This document shows positions 37,364 to 47,923 of a DNA stretch of 64,000 bases, one piece after another. Source of the stretch: Escherichia coli (GTDB lineage: Bacteria > Pseudomonadota > Gammaproteobacteria > Enterobacterales > Enterobacteriaceae); the NCBI GenBank assembly GCA_022969815.1, contig GCA_022969815.1_4535.1. One strand, 5' to 3'. The notes below the pieces were generated by a model. That model was not told where the DNA came from and searched no databases. It worked only from the letters and a program-made list of their open reading frames with translations. Numbering within the stretch: the first letter of the stretch is position 1; each line of letters begins with the position of its first letter. The position numbers were made by a program, and so were the translations under genes.

Positions 37364-37754
37364 TGCATTTAATGATCAAGTTGACGGACACCATTACACA
37401 GATATGGTAATGCAACCTATAGAGTTGGCTTATCTTGTAGGTGGCACACCTTGTTTCTGCAAGCTTGCTAAATATTCTACTCGTGTCAAGGGTGATCGCA
37501 TGATCAACTTGGACAAAGCTATTCATTGCATCGCACTGGAAGCTACCATGATGGAGAACCATAGTTTCATGGTACAGGAAAACTACCCAGCAGCCACAAG
37601 TAAGGCCAAAACTGATCAAGCCATGTTGCTGATTGACTTTTTCACAAAAGATCCCTTAATCCGCGAAGCTTTGAAGTGTATGTATTGTTCTTACTACCAA
37701 GATGCAATGATAGCTATCAGAAAACTTAAGGAACAAATTAGTAATGGCGAATAA
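37356..37754 (+). CDS. hypothetical protein (DUF3310-like VDGHHY motif)
   Basis: AGGAGGA RBS; ATG at 37356 overlaps upstream stop. Confidence 0.4.
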   Translation: MSNAFNDQVDGHHYTDMVMQPIELAYLVGGTPCFCKLAKYSTRVKGDRMINLDKAIHCIALEATMMENHSFMVQENYPAATSKAKTDQAMLLIDFFTKDPLIREALKCMYCSYYQDAMIAIRKLKEQISNGE

Positions 37755-37935
37755 CACAAAACAGTACGGAGAAGGTGAGGTTTATAAAATTTATAACCGT
37801 AAAGGGGATAAGCTTTTAGTAACTATCACCATCCCAGAAAATATGTGCAAGGCAGGTTTGGATCGCCTGTTGTTCTTTAAACACAATATTCCACCTGGTG
37901 AATACACAATCAAGAAGGTGCCAATTGTCAAGTAA
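37744..37935 (+). CDS. hypothetical protein
   Basis: 63-aa ORF overlapping neighbours by a few nt. Confidence 0.4.
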   Translation: MANNTKQYGEGEVYKIYNRKGDKLLVTITIPENMCKAGLDRLLFFKHNIPPGEYTIKKVPIVK

Positions 37936-37948
37936 AGAACCTAAAGTA

Positions 37949-38503
37949 ATGTGGGGCGAAGGAACGCCCTGGAAAACCCAATCGGAGTTCTATACATATT
38001 TACGTGGATGTTTACGTCAAGCATGGATGCGACACCCAAACAAAATCAAAGTTCTTCAAGCTAAACGTTACAAAGTTGACCGCCTTGACAAAGACGGAAA
38101 TGTGATGTTAGATAAGAAGACGGGTAAACCAAAACAAGTTTGGAACTGCAAATGTGAACTTTGTGGACATACAGGAGGAATGAAAGACTTCCAGGTTGAC
38201 CACATTCATGCAGCTAAAGCCTTGCAATGTTTTCAGGATATTCCTGACTTTGTTTTGCGTTTGATTTATGTCAAAGAAGAAGATTTGCGTATGGTTTGTA
38301 AGCTTTGCAACTCTATCTTAGCCTATGCAGATAAGCAGGGCATCTCCTTCGAGGCAGCAGCCGTTGAGAAGGAAGCTATTGCGATCTGTCAAGCGAAGAA
38401 AGATAAGAAGTGGTTGGAGTCCAAAGGTGTGACACCTGAATCCACAGCAGCAAAACGACGCAAACAAATAGTCCAAATCTTATTGACCGAAAGAGGTCTT
38501 TGA
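37949..38503 (+). CDS. HNH endonuclease-domain protein, putative
   Basis: CKCELCGHTGGMKDFQVDHIH resembles the HNH core; ATG at 37949 preferred. Confidence 0.45.
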   Translation: MWGEGTPWKTQSEFYTYLRGCLRQAWMRHPNKIKVLQAKRYKVDRLDKDGNVMLDKKTGKPKQVWNCKCELCGHTGGMKDFQVDHIHAAKALQCFQDIPDFVLRLIYVKEEDLRMVCKLCNSILAYADKQGISFEAAAVEKEAIAICQAKKDKKWLESKGVTPESTAAKRRKQIVQILLTERGL

Positions 38504-38534
38504 GGTACTATGAAATAACTGGAGAGGAGGGATT

Positions 38535-39152
38535 ATGAAGATAGTTTGTGATTGGGATCTGGTGGTTGCTCCACTGGATGTTGCTTGGCTGGAATGGTTG
38601 GTTAAAGTTAGCGGAGATTGTGTAGGCTTCTGCGGAGCTGTCAAAAATGTTGACTACGATCTTACTAAATACTTCCCAGGTTTCCGTGAGAAGTTTAACA
38701 TCGATCCTTACGGCTTTCTGGATAATTCCCATCTCTACGATACAATGGGATGTATCAAACCCATGGCTAACTTCTTAGAAGGTGTTGTGAAAGAGGGAGA
38801 TAATGCACTTATTGCAAGTGTGACTAAAGGTGGACACCTTAGCTCAAAACACAAACATGTTTTAAGAACTTTGCCAACCATCGATTTTGGTAAAGGTTCT
38901 GGTAATGGTTTCTTTGCCACAAAAGAAAAATACCTATTGCCTTGTGATATTGCCATAGATGACAGGGCAGAAAACCTGTTGTATTTTCCAGATCATGTTG
39001 TTAAGATTTACTACAATACGATGTATAAAGATTTGTATTTGGAAGAATTAAAAAAGAAACCAAATGTAGTTGTCACAGGTTTGTACAATCAAGCAGAAAC
39101 CTGTTGGCAAGTTTATTCAATGTTAAAAGAACGAGGAGAAATTAATGTCTAA
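38535..39152 (+). CDS. HAD-like 5'-nucleotidase, putative
   Basis: GAGGAGGG RBS; N-terminal IVCDWDLVV fits HAD motif I DxDxV; later DD motif; weak. Confidence 0.3.
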   Translation: MKIVCDWDLVVAPLDVAWLEWLVKVSGDCVGFCGAVKNVDYDLTKYFPGFREKFNIDPYGFLDNSHLYDTMGCIKPMANFLEGVVKEGDNALIASVTKGGHLSSKHKHVLRTLPTIDFGKGSGNGFFATKEKYLLPCDIAIDDRAENLLYFPDHVVKIYYNTMYKDLYLEELKKKPNVVVTGLYNQAETCWQVYSMLKERGEINV

Positions 39153-40140
39153 TATCAGTGCACAAGTCATCGCCCAGTCTATGAACGCAGAAGGGCAAGT
39201 GATTACAACTTTCGAACTGGAATACCCACGTATCATCCATTCTGAGTTGATGACGCACCGCTTATTCTCCCGCAACGCGGCTTCAAGCCGTGCTATTCCG
39301 GTGAAGACCCTGATTGAAATGGTTCGCAAAGAACCTGCTGCACCTGTTCGTTTTGGTCAACACCAACCTGGAATGCAGGATCAAGGCGTAGAATATGATG
39401 CTCTTATTGGGGCAGGTTACTCAGGTCGTGAGTGGTGGAATTTAGCTGCGCTTAGTGCAGCAAACTTTGCAGAACAAATGGCGGAAGCTGGTTACGCGAA
39501 GCAGGTTTGTAATCGCCTTCTTGAACCATTCCAGAGAATGAAGACGGTTCTGACAGCAACCGAGTATGAAAACTTCTGGTGGCTACGTGATGACGCTGAT
39601 GCTGATCCGACTATTGAAGCTTTAGCTAAAGTTATGTTTGAAGCTTATGAAGCCTCTACTCCAGAACTGCTGGCTCCAGGACAATGGCATACGCCTTACG
39701 TAGATCACGTCTACGAGAACATCGGTCTGGAAGGTGATGATGTTTTGGTATTCGCTGGGTATAGCACTACAGATGAAAATGGCAATACTGTCATGCTGTC
39801 GCTGGAAGAAGCACTTGCAATCTCTTCTTCTTGTTGCGCACAAGTGAGCTATCGTCGTCTGAATGCAACTAAAGACAAAGCTTTGGATATCTACGGACGT
39901 TTGCTTACTGGTCGTAAAGTCCACGCTTCTCCGTTTGAACATCAAGCTACACCTATGCAAGCAACCTTTGAACTTCTTGGTGAGAATGCGTCTGAAGATA
40001 TTCTTATTAACGTTCCGTGGTATGCAGCTTCTTGGGAAGTAGGTATTACTCACAGTGATCGTAACGAAAAACTGTGGTCTGGAAATTTCAAAGGATTTAT
40101 CCAGCACCGTCAGCTTTTAAATAATCATACTAAATGGTGA
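39145..40140 (+). CDS. thyX: flavin-dependent thymidylate synthase-like protein (ThyX family)
   Basis: THRLFSRNAASSR matches ThyX signature RHRx7S with first Arg replaced; C-terminal HASPFEHQ; 331 aa, longer than typical ThyX. Confidence 0.55.
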   Translation: MSNISAQVIAQSMNAEGQVITTFELEYPRIIHSELMTHRLFSRNAASSRAIPVKTLIEMVRKEPAAPVRFGQHQPGMQDQGVEYDALIGAGYSGREWWNLAALSAANFAEQMAEAGYAKQVCNRLLEPFQRMKTVLTATEYENFWWLRDDADADPTIEALAKVMFEAYEASTPELLAPGQWHTPYVDHVYENIGLEGDDVLVFAGYSTTDENGNTVMLSLEEALAISSSCCAQVSYRRLNATKDKALDIYGRLLTGRKVHASPFEHQATPMQATFELLGENASEDILINVPWYAASWEVGITHSDRNEKLWSGNFKGFIQHRQLLNNHTKW

Positions 40141-40156
40141 TTCGAGTAAATTCTTA

Positions 40157-40186
40157 TTGACTTTAGTATGAGATTTAGTGTAGTAT
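40157..40186 (+). promoter_or_regulatory. sigma70-like promoter
   Basis: TTGACT - 18 nt - TAGTAT, followed by a GGGGGAGGTGAGATTCCCCC hairpin. Confidence 0.4.
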
Positions 40187-40236
40187 AGCAAAACGTTGGG
40201 GGAGGTGAGATTCCCCCTTTACAAAAGGAGAAAATT

Positions 40237-40647
40237 ATGTCATTAGTAAACACTACCACTTGGGCTACCGTGAGCATGTCTACCGTTAAGTCTACCCCAA
40301 TCTGGAAGCAAGAGTCAGAAAAATACCGTGGTCATATTCCTCACGATCGTCACGCAGATGTACTTCGTGCCGCTCTGGTGTTCCTTGGTATGAACGAAGA
40401 TGGCAACTTCTCTGTTGAGCGTAATGTTAACATTCGTAGTAACAACGACAACAGTCTGGTTTATATCAACACAACTCTTTATACTTTTGCTGTTAAAGAA
40501 AGCTGTCCTTTCAAACATATCTACCAAAAGAATGATATTTTTCATTATGGTGATGAAGAATTTGGCGGTTGGGGTGTGACTCACACAAAAATGGACGATT
40601 TCGGTAATTCCTACGATCCTGCAAGAGCAGAAGACAATTCACTTTAA
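40237..40647 (+). CDS. hypothetical protein
   Basis: AAGGAG RBS. Confidence 0.5.
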   Translation: MSLVNTTTWATVSMSTVKSTPIWKQESEKYRGHIPHDRHADVLRAALVFLGMNEDGNFSVERNVNIRSNNDNSLVYINTTLYTFAVKESCPFKHIYQKNDIFHYGDEEFGGWGVTHTKMDDFGNSYDPARAEDNSL

Positions 40648-40657
40648 GAGAGGGATA

Positions 40658-40903
40658 ATGACCGATAATAAATACGAAGGCTGTGAGATTGAAGTTTACT
40701 TTGATGAGACAGTAGGCTGTAATGTTACAGTGATTTTAGATACTTCCAAACGCTTATCACCAAAACGACAAGAAGCAGATCGCAAAGCTAAAGCGAAAGG
40801 TTTCCACGATATAAATCATTTTGAAGGGTTCCTTTATGCGAACGGACTGTTTAACGAAATGAAATTTGGATACGATGTAGACGTGCTTGGGATTCATAGT
40901 TAA
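40658..40903 (+). CDS. hypothetical protein
   Basis: GAGAGGG RBS. Confidence 0.5.
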   Translation: MTDNKYEGCEIEVYFDETVGCNVTVILDTSKRLSPKRQEADRKAKAKGFHDINHFEGFLYANGLFNEMKFGYDVDVLGIHS

Positions 40904-40917
40904 GATAGGGAGGAGAA

Positions 40918-43164
40918 GTGATTCGATACGTTACTAAATCAAATGGCAAGACAGAAGAGTTTAATCCTGAAAAACTGCGTAAATGGTCTGAATTTGCAGC
41001 AGGGAAACTGAACTGGTCGGAAATTGAATTAGAAGCTGTGAAACGTTGTTACGATGGGGTGTCTACTCGTGATTTACATAAAGCTATGATCGCCGCATGT
41101 ATTGACAAAAAGACCCAAGCGTATAGCGACATGGCAGGTCGATTGCTTCTCGGTATGATTTACAAACAGGCTCACGGGGGATACCACAGTATCCCTTCCC
41201 TGTACACCTTCTACCAGGATATGGTGAAGCGTGGACATTGGGCTAAGATGGATTATACCGAAGAAGAAATCAAAGAGATTGGTAAGATTGTCAAACACAA
41301 CAAGAATCTAACCTACGGTTATTCCGTTCTTCGTCAGATGGCAGATAAATACCTGGTTCGTGATGCTGTGAATGATGTTGTTCATGAGTCACCGCAATTC
41401 CTGTTTATTGGTGTGGCAATGCGTGTTATGGAGATCCAGCCTAAAGATCGTCGTATTGACGATATCAAAAAGCTGTACACATATGTAAGTGATCTTCAGA
41501 TTAACTTACCATCTCCATATCTGACAACGTTACGTACTCCGATCAAGGGTAGCGCGTCTTGTTGTTTATTCCGTGCAGACGATACAGCAGAGTCTTTGGC
41601 TATTGCAAACTATCTGGCACACGAATACACGTTAAATAATGCAGGGATTGGTGTTAACCTCCAGACCCGTGCAACGGGACAGGGTGTTAAGAACAACCGT
41701 ATCATTCATGGTGGTCTTCTCCCTTACCTGAAGTGGATGGAAGATAGTGTAGGAGCTTCTAAACAAGCGAGTCGTGGTGGTAGTGCAACGGTTACGTTCA
41801 CAATCTTGGAGCCAGATTTTGAAGATCTGATTCGACTGAAGAACCCAACCACTCCGATCGATAAGCGTGTTGATAAGCTGGATTATTCTGTTGTTGTAAA
41901 CCGCTCCTTCCTTCGCCGTGCTGCTAAAGGTGAAGAGTGGATGCTTGTGAGTTGTGACGAAGCACCGGAACTTTACGAAGCACTGTACAAAAGTGAAGAA
42001 GAGTTCGATGCTGTCTACGATAAAGTTAGTCGCCGTCGCATCAAAAAGAAAATTGTTAAGGCTCGTGACCTGTTGACTGAAATCATTGTTCAACGTGCAG
42101 AGACTGGACGTATTTATATGTTCTTCGCTGACAACGTAAACAATCACACTCCTTTCCTGGATACCGTGTATCAGTCGAACTTATGTCAGGAGATCTTTTT
42201 ACCTACTAAAGCGTTCCATAAAATGACGGATCTCTTTACTGGTGAAAACACAGAAGATCAAGAATTGGCTTTATGCTTCTTGTCCTCTATCGTTGCTGGG
42301 CGAGTTACGCCGGAGCAATACGAAGATGTTGCGTACTACACTGTATTGACGATTGATAACGTTATTGAGACGATGGAATACCCATTCAAACATAACGAGA
42401 TCACAGCTAAGGCTCGCCGCTCTATTGGCGTAGGTATTACAAACCTTGCACATTATCTGGCAAGCAACTTTGTAACCTATTCTGATCCTTATGCGAAGAA
42501 GCTGATGCATGAATTAGCAGAACGTCATTACTTCTGGTTGGCACAAGCCTCTCTGCGCTTGGCGAAAGAGAAAGGTAATGCCGAGTGGATGGATAAAACT
42601 AAGTGGCCTCAAGGTTGGCTCCCTATTGACACCTACGCTAAAGCAGTAGATACTATTGGGGACTTTGAACTGAAGCTGGATTGGGAAGGCTTACGTGCTG
42701 GTATCATTGAACAAGGCGGTATCCGTAACAGTGTGCTTGCAGCAGTGGCCCCGAACGAATCAAGTAGCTTGGTGAGTAACACTACCAACTCACTCTACCC
42801 TGTACGTGACACGATCATGTACAAACAGAGTCAGAAAGGTAACGTACTGTTTATCGTACCGGATTACGAAAAACTGAAAATGTTCTATCAGTCGGCGTGG
42901 GATACCCCGTCTAAAGATATTGCCGAGATGTACGGACTCTTCACTAAGTTTACGGATCAGGGTATCTCCTGTGATGCTTGGTTGGATTATTCCAAAATGG
43001 AAGGTGGACGTTTATCAGTGAAAGCCGAGATGCAGTTTATCTTGACATTTGCAAAACTTGGTGGTAAATCTCTTTACTACCTGAACAGCCGAACCAAATC
43101 AGCGGAATCTATGGCCCAAGAAGACAACCTGAAAGAGTCTGGATGTGAGGGTTGCAGCATGTGA
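40918..43164 (+). CDS. nrdA: ribonucleoside-diphosphate reductase alpha subunit (class Ia)
   Basis: GTG start with GGGAGGA RBS; ATP-cone-like N-terminus, active-site motif SNLCQEIFLP, C-terminal CEGCSM redox cysteines; 748 aa. Confidence 0.85.
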   Translation: MIRYVTKSNGKTEEFNPEKLRKWSEFAAGKLNWSEIELEAVKRCYDGVSTRDLHKAMIAACIDKKTQAYSDMAGRLLLGMIYKQAHGGYHSIPSLYTFYQDMVKRGHWAKMDYTEEEIKEIGKIVKHNKNLTYGYSVLRQMADKYLVRDAVNDVVHESPQFLFIGVAMRVMEIQPKDRRIDDIKKLYTYVSDLQINLPSPYLTTLRTPIKGSASCCLFRADDTAESLAIANYLAHEYTLNNAGIGVNLQTRATGQGVKNNRIIHGGLLPYLKWMEDSVGASKQASRGGSATVTFTILEPDFEDLIRLKNPTTPIDKRVDKLDYSVVVNRSFLRRAAKGEEWMLVSCDEAPELYEALYKSEEEFDAVYDKVSRRRIKKKIVKARDLLTEIIVQRAETGRIYMFFADNVNNHTPFLDTVYQSNLCQEIFLPTKAFHKMTDLFTGENTEDQELALCFLSSIVAGRVTPEQYEDVAYYTVLTIDNVIETMEYPFKHNEITAKARRSIGVGITNLAHYLASNFVTYSDPYAKKLMHELAERHYFWLAQASLRLAKEKGNAEWMDKTKWPQGWLPIDTYAKAVDTIGDFELKLDWEGLRAGIIEQGGIRNSVLAAVAPNESSSLVSNTTNSLYPVRDTIMYKQSQKGNVLFIVPDYEKLKMFYQSAWDTPSKDIAEMYGLFTKFTDQGISCDAWLDYSKMEGGRLSVKAEMQFILTFAKLGGKSLYYLNSRTKSAESMAQEDNLKESGCEGCSM

Positions 43165-43166
43165 TA

Positions 43167-43190
43167 ACAGGGGCTTCGGCCCCTTTTTAT
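43167..43190 (+). terminator. rho-independent terminator
   Basis: AGGGGCTTCGGCCCCT hairpin followed by TTTTT. Confidence 0.55.
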
Positions 43191-43202
43191 TGAGGAGAGA
43201 TT

Positions 43203-43541
43203 ATGAGCACACTTATAGTTTTACCTGGAGTAACCCCAATCTACCGACCTGGGTTTAAGCCTCTGTTGATTCGCCCTGAAGATTTTACCCCTACTTGGTG
43301 TCACCATTATCTTGGTGGGCTTGAAATAGCTAACATGCAGATTTGGGAATCTTTTTATCCAGAAGCCACGGCTTACGCAATAACAAGGGCAAGAAGTGAA
43401 GAAACAGTGACTGTTATACTTGGTAGAAGCGTATGGGAAGCACTGGAAGCTTTCTACCGGAGCAATGATTTTGAGGAAGAAGATATTTTAAGCTTAAGAG
43501 GTTTTTGTGAAATAGTGGAGGATTTAAATGGCAGCAATTAA
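43203..43541 (+). CDS. hypothetical protein
   Basis: GAGGAGAG RBS. Confidence 0.5.
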   Translation: MSTLIVLPGVTPIYRPGFKPLLIRPEDFTPTWCHHYLGGLEIANMQIWESFYPEATAYAITRARSEETVTVILGRSVWEALEAFYRSNDFEEEDILSLRGFCEIVEDLNGSN

Positions 43542-44613
43542 TTTACATAACGAGACTTACAAAACAGGTAAATATCCAGTTTTCATGGGGGAACAGTTGG
43601 GGATTTTTGATTCTATCAACGTGACTTACCCTGAAATGCACCGTCTGTATAAACTCCAGAAAGCCCAAGATTGGGATGAGAATGAAGTGGATCTTAGTCA
43701 GACCCGTAAAGACTTTGTAGCGTGTTCAAAAAACAACTACGATGTTATGATCAAGAACTTGTCGTTCCAGTGGGAGAATGATTCCCTGGCAAAATCAATC
43801 ATCACTTTGTTCTCTCCGTTTTTGAGCAACAATGAAGCTTGCGCTATGATGATGAAGCAGAGTGAAATGGAAGTGCTTCATGCTCTAACTTACTCGGAGA
43901 TCGTTCGCCAGTGTACTCCAAACCCTGTAGAAGTTATTGATCAGATTATGGAGAACGATAAGATCTTCAACCGTATGGGTATCATTGCAGAGATCATGGG
44001 AGATTTGGAAGAAGCAGGTCACAAATATGCACTTGGTCTGATTGAAGCTGATGATAAACTACGTTTGCTGGTCATGAAAGGTCTGGTAGCCCTGATTGGT
44101 CTGGAAGGTATCCAGTTTATCTCTTCTTTCTCGGCAACGTTCGCCTTGGCAGAACAGCAACTGTTTGTAGGTGCTTGTAAACTGATTCAGAAAATCATGT
44201 TGGATGAAATCCTGCATGTTAAAATGGACTATGCTGTCATTGATGCTCTGATGCAAGATCCTGTGTGGAAAAAGATCTACGAAGATAACATCGAAGAACT
44301 TACGACTATTCTGGATACAGTTATCGCTCAAGAAGAGCAGTGGTGTGATTATCTGTTTAGTGAAGGACGTTTTATCGTTGGACTGAATGCTGAACTATCC
44401 CGTCAATGGGTGTACTTCAATGCGGCTCCAATTTATCGTCGTCTGAAGATGAAGCACAGCTTTAAATCTCCTAAACAGAACCCACTACCTTGGATGGACA
44501 TTTGGTTAAACCCAGATCAGATTCAAGCAGCGGCGCAAGAGATCCAAGTTACAGCTTATAAACTGAACTCGGCTAACAAAGATGTTTCTGATGATATGGA
44601 GTTTGACTTCTAA
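43528..44613 (+). CDS. nrdB: ribonucleoside-diphosphate reductase beta subunit (class Ia)
   Basis: Di-iron ligand helices (EVLHALTYSE), acidic C-terminal tail ending DDMEFDF; 361 aa. Confidence 0.8.
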   Translation: MAAINLHNETYKTGKYPVFMGEQLGIFDSINVTYPEMHRLYKLQKAQDWDENEVDLSQTRKDFVACSKNNYDVMIKNLSFQWENDSLAKSIITLFSPFLSNNEACAMMMKQSEMEVLHALTYSEIVRQCTPNPVEVIDQIMENDKIFNRMGIIAEIMGDLEEAGHKYALGLIEADDKLRLLVMKGLVALIGLEGIQFISSFSATFALAEQQLFVGACKLIQKIMLDEILHVKMDYAVIDALMQDPVWKKIYEDNIEELTTILDTVIAQEEQWCDYLFSEGRFIVGLNAELSRQWVYFNAAPIYRRLKMKHSFKSPKQNPLPWMDIWLNPDQIQAAAQEIQVTAYKLNSANKDVSDDMEFDF

Positions 44614-44831
44614 TGAAACTTAAATGTGTAGGATTGATCGACACATTCAAAGACGTATTTGACAAAGGGGCTTCCTATGAAGCCTCGGAGTTAAAGAACG
44701 GTTTTTGTGATGTGCATGGTAAACGTCTTAAGAAAAACGGAGAACCCTGGCTTGGTGTTATGTCTTGTGGTCATATTGTGGTTAACGGTGTTGCAAAGTT
44801 TGAAATCGTAAAGGAGGAAGATAATGAGTGA
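44613..44831 (+). CDS. hypothetical protein
   Basis: 72-aa ORF overlapping nrdB stop. Confidence 0.4.
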   Translation: MKLKCVGLIDTFKDVFDKGASYEASELKNGFCDVHGKRLKKNGEPWLGVMSCGHIVVNGVAKFEIVKEEDNE

Positions 44832-44967
44832 GTTTCGTTTTTGCCCTATTTGTGGTGGTACAGGTAATGCCTTAATTAGTGCGGAGCAGTACAGCCCGTG
44901 TTGGCATTGTTCTGGTAGTGGTTTGGTAGTTGAAGAAAACAAAGAGGAGGAAAAAGATGGGGATTGA
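44824..44967 (+). CDS. hypothetical zinc-ribbon peptide (47 aa)
   Basis: CPICGG...CWHCSG motif; below ORF-track cutoff. Confidence 0.3.
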   Translation: MSEFRFCPICGGTGNALISAEQYSPCWHCSGSGLVVEENKEEEKDGD

Positions 44968-45283
44968 TATCGAGTGGAAGATGGTGCAAGGCGCACCATA
45001 TAAGAAATGGGAAGAAGTGTTTAAAGGCGATCCGCAGATTGAAGATCAATTCGATGGGGATTTCAACTGGTTTCTTTACGAAGGTATTGGACTGGTAAGC
45101 GTATCCCCGTGGTTTGATGCAGATCCTGAAGATTGTGTTTTTGGTATTGAACTTGCGTCAGGATGCAGCGCACGGGCAATAGACCTCACAAGTTTGGATA
45201 AAAAAGCCAATGAGATCTATTTTGAACTGCTTAATAAGTATAACATTGAAACTGAAACGTTAGTATCACAAAACGTCTGGTAA
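44957..45283 (+). CDS. hypothetical protein
   Basis: GAGGAGGA RBS before ATG at 44957. Confidence 0.45.
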   Translation: MGIDIEWKMVQGAPYKKWEEVFKGDPQIEDQFDGDFNWFLYEGIGLVSVSPWFDADPEDCVFGIELASGCSARAIDLTSLDKKANEIYFELLNKYNIETETLVSQNVW

Positions 45284-45292
45284 GGAGATTAA

Positions 45293-45490
45293 ATGAAAGA
45301 CCAAATGATTAATGGACCTCGTGTAACAGTCAGTCCTAAAACTTTTGCATCTCTTCTGGACGACACTGGTGAGGTTTATACTTACACAAGAGATTCACTG
45401 CCTCTGCCTGAAAGTGCACAGGGTTCACGTTCGCTTTTTTATAAAGGTGTTCTTTTTACGGAAGCAAAAGAAGACAAGGAGACTAAATGA
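45293..45490 (+). CDS. hypothetical protein
   Basis: AAGGAG RBS. Confidence 0.5.
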   Translation: MKDQMINGPRVTVSPKTFASLLDDTGEVYTYTRDSLPLPESAQGSRSLFYKGVLFTEAKEDKETK

Positions 45491-46479
45491 GATACCTGGT
45501 AACAGGTGGTCTTGGTTTCATTGGGAGCGCCGTAGTGCGCTCTCTTTGTCAAGATCCTAATAACGAAGTTTTTGTTATTGATAAAATGGGCTACGCAGCC
45601 GATATTGAAAATGTAGGGGATATCACTCACGCCAAACTAAGTATGACAGATTTGGCAAACGAAGCACAGGTCAAAAGTTTAGTGGTAGAATGCAACCCTG
45701 ATTTCATCATTCATTTAGCGGCAGAGAGTCATGTGGACAACTCTATCAAGAATCCACGAGCTTTCATCGACTCCAATATCATCGGTACATATAATCTGTT
45801 AGAAGCTGCAAGGCTTCTTCCTAAGAACAAGCTGAAGATGTTTGTACACGTCTCTACAGACGAAGTGTACGGTGATATGGAGGACTCTGGTGCTCCATTT
45901 ACCGAAGAGACAGCTTATGCTCCTTCAAGCCCATACAGCGCGTCTAAGGCGGCATCTGATCACCTTGTCAAAGCTTGGCACCGTACTTACGATTTGCCTG
46001 TAGTGATAACCAACTGTTCCAATAACTTTGGGCCTTACCAACACCCTGAAAAATTGATTCCGAAAGTGATCACGAACATCTTGACAAGCAAAGAAATTCC
46101 AGTGTACGGTAAAGGCGATCAAGTAAGAGATTGGCTTTTTGTTGAGGACCATGCGCGAGCTATTCTTCAAGTAGCTTCTGGCGGCGAACCTGGACAAACT
46201 TACAACGTAGGCACACGTAATCCTAAAACCAATATGGAGATCATCTATATGATTTGTGATTACATGGATGCCGTACACCCGCAAAGTGGAACCTACCCGT
46301 CTTCGAGTTTAATAACTTTTGTTGAAGATCGTAAAGGACATGACTTGCATTATGAAATCAACCCTGCTAAGATTGAATCTGAACTGGGTTGGAGTGCAAA
46401 CTCCACATTTGAACAAGACCTTTACTCTACGATAGAGTGGTATTTAAACAACCCTCAATGGTGGAGAGAAAAGATTTAA
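45487..46479 (+). CDS. rmlB: dTDP-glucose 4,6-dehydratase
   Basis: N-terminal [10 protein letters not shown] Rossmann motif, YSASK catalytic motif; 330 aa. Confidence 0.8.
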   Translation: MRYLVTGGLGFIGSAVVRSLCQDPNNEVFVIDKMGYAADIENVGDITHAKLSMTDLANEAQVKSLVVECNPDFIIHLAAESHVDNSIKNPRAFIDSNIIGTYNLLEAARLLPKNKLKMFVHVSTDEVYGDMEDSGAPFTEETAYAPSSPYSASKAASDHLVKAWHRTYDLPVVITNCSNNFGPYQHPEKLIPKVITNILTSKEIPVYGKGDQVRDWLFVEDHARAILQVASGGEPGQTYNVGTRNPKTNMEIIYMICDYMDAVHPQSGTYPSSSLITFVEDRKGHDLHYEINPAKIESELGWSANSTFEQDLYSTIEWYLNNPQWWREKI

Positions 46480-46487
46480 GGAGGGTT

Positions 46488-47366
46488 ATGAAAGGTATTA
46501 TTTTGGCGGGAGGAAGTGGAACCCGCCTACACCCTGTAACACGCAGTGTGAGCAAGCAATTGCTCCCTGTGTATGACAAACCTATGATTTATTATCCTTT
46601 ATCAGTCTTGATGTTGGCAGATATTAAGGATATCTTAATCATCACAACCCCAGGCGATCAGGAAGATTTTGAGTATCTTCTTGGAGATGGATCTATGTTT
46701 GGGATAAAAATCACTTACGCAATGCAGTCTGAACCACGAGGTCTTGCAGATGCTTTCATCATCGGTAAAGATTTTATTGAGGAAGATTCCGTTGCCCTTA
46801 TTTTAGGGGATAACTTGTTCTTCGGACAAAGTTTCGGAAAACTTCTTATCCAAGCCAGCGAAATGGTGGATGTTTGGGGTGGAGCTTGTATCTTCGGGTA
46901 TCTGGTGAAAGATCCTGAACGATTCGGTGTTGTTGAGTTCGGAAGTAATCGCCAAGCTATCTCTATTGAAGAGAAACCGGAACATCCTAAATCAGACTAT
47001 GCCGTCACGGGTTTGTATTTCTATGACAACTCTGTTGTTCAACGTGCATTGGAAGTAACTCCTTCTGATCGTGGAGAACTGGAGATCACAGATATCAATC
47101 GCAGCTACCTCGAAGACAGAAAGTTACAAGTTGAAGTTCTTGGAAGAGGATTCACTTGGCTGGATACAGGGACACACGCCAGTCTAATGGAAGCAGGTCA
47201 ATTCGTGCAGACTATTGAGAACTGCCAAGGATTGAAGATTGCGTGCCTGGAAGAGATTGCTTTCAAAAAAGGGTGGATTTCTTTAGAGACTTTGGTGTAT
47301 CATGGCAACTCATTGAAGAAAACAGAGTACGGGCAATATCTGTTAAAATTAGCGGAGGGTAAATGA
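46488..47366 (+). CDS. rmlA: glucose-1-phosphate thymidylyltransferase
   Basis: N-terminal [16 protein letters not shown] signature; AAGGAGGG RBS before ATG at 46488; 292 aa. Confidence 0.85.
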   Translation: MKGIILAGGSGTRLHPVTRSVSKQLLPVYDKPMIYYPLSVLMLADIKDILIITTPGDQEDFEYLLGDGSMFGIKITYAMQSEPRGLADAFIIGKDFIEEDSVALILGDNLFFGQSFGKLLIQASEMVDVWGGACIFGYLVKDPERFGVVEFGSNRQAISIEEKPEHPKSDYAVTGLYFYDNSVVQRALEVTPSDRGELEITDINRSYLEDRKLQVEVLGRGFTWLDTGTHASLMEAGQFVQTIENCQGLKIACLEEIAFKKGWISLETLVYHGNSLKKTEYGQYLLKLAEGK

Positions 47367-47923
47367 AAATAAAAGAATTAAGTATTCCTGGTCTGGTTGT
47401 CTTTAAACCTCAAGTTTACAAAGATGATCGTGGTTCCTTCACGGAGACGTTTAACGAGAAGATTTACGAAGAGGTTATTGGCAAACAAACGTTTGTTCAG
47501 GATAACCATTCATTCTCTACTTTAGGTGTTCTTCGCGGAATGCACTTTCAAGTAAATAACCCGCAAGGTAAGCTTGTACGTTGCACACGAGGTGAAGTTT
47601 TTGACGTGGCTGTAGATCTTCGTGAAGGTAGTCCAACCTTCGGACAATGGGAAGGTGTGATTCTTAGTGGGTGTAACAATAAACAGTTGTGGATTCCACC
47701 TGGCTTTGCACATGGTTTTGTTGTAACCTCTTATGAAGCCAACTTTGAATACAAGTGCACCAACTACTACGATCCGGCATCTGAACGTAGTTTGTTGTGG
47801 AACGATCCTACTGTGAATATTGATTGGGGTTTTGATATGATTTTCAATGATGAGAATTTTGTACCTATCATTTCGGAAAAGGATGCACAAGCTAAAACAC
47901 TGAAGGAGCTTATGGAATCATGA
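47363..47923 (+). CDS. rmlC: dTDP-4-dehydrorhamnose 3,5-epimerase
   Basis: 186 aa cupin-like with GMHFQ and IPPGFAHGF motifs. Confidence 0.75.
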   Translation: MKIKELSIPGLVVFKPQVYKDDRGSFTETFNEKIYEEVIGKQTFVQDNHSFSTLGVLRGMHFQVNNPQGKLVRCTRGEVFDVAVDLREGSPTFGQWEGVILSGCNNKQLWIPPGFAHGFVVTSYEANFEYKCTNYYDPASERSLLWNDPTVNIDWGFDMIFNDENFVPIISEKDAQAKTLKELMES

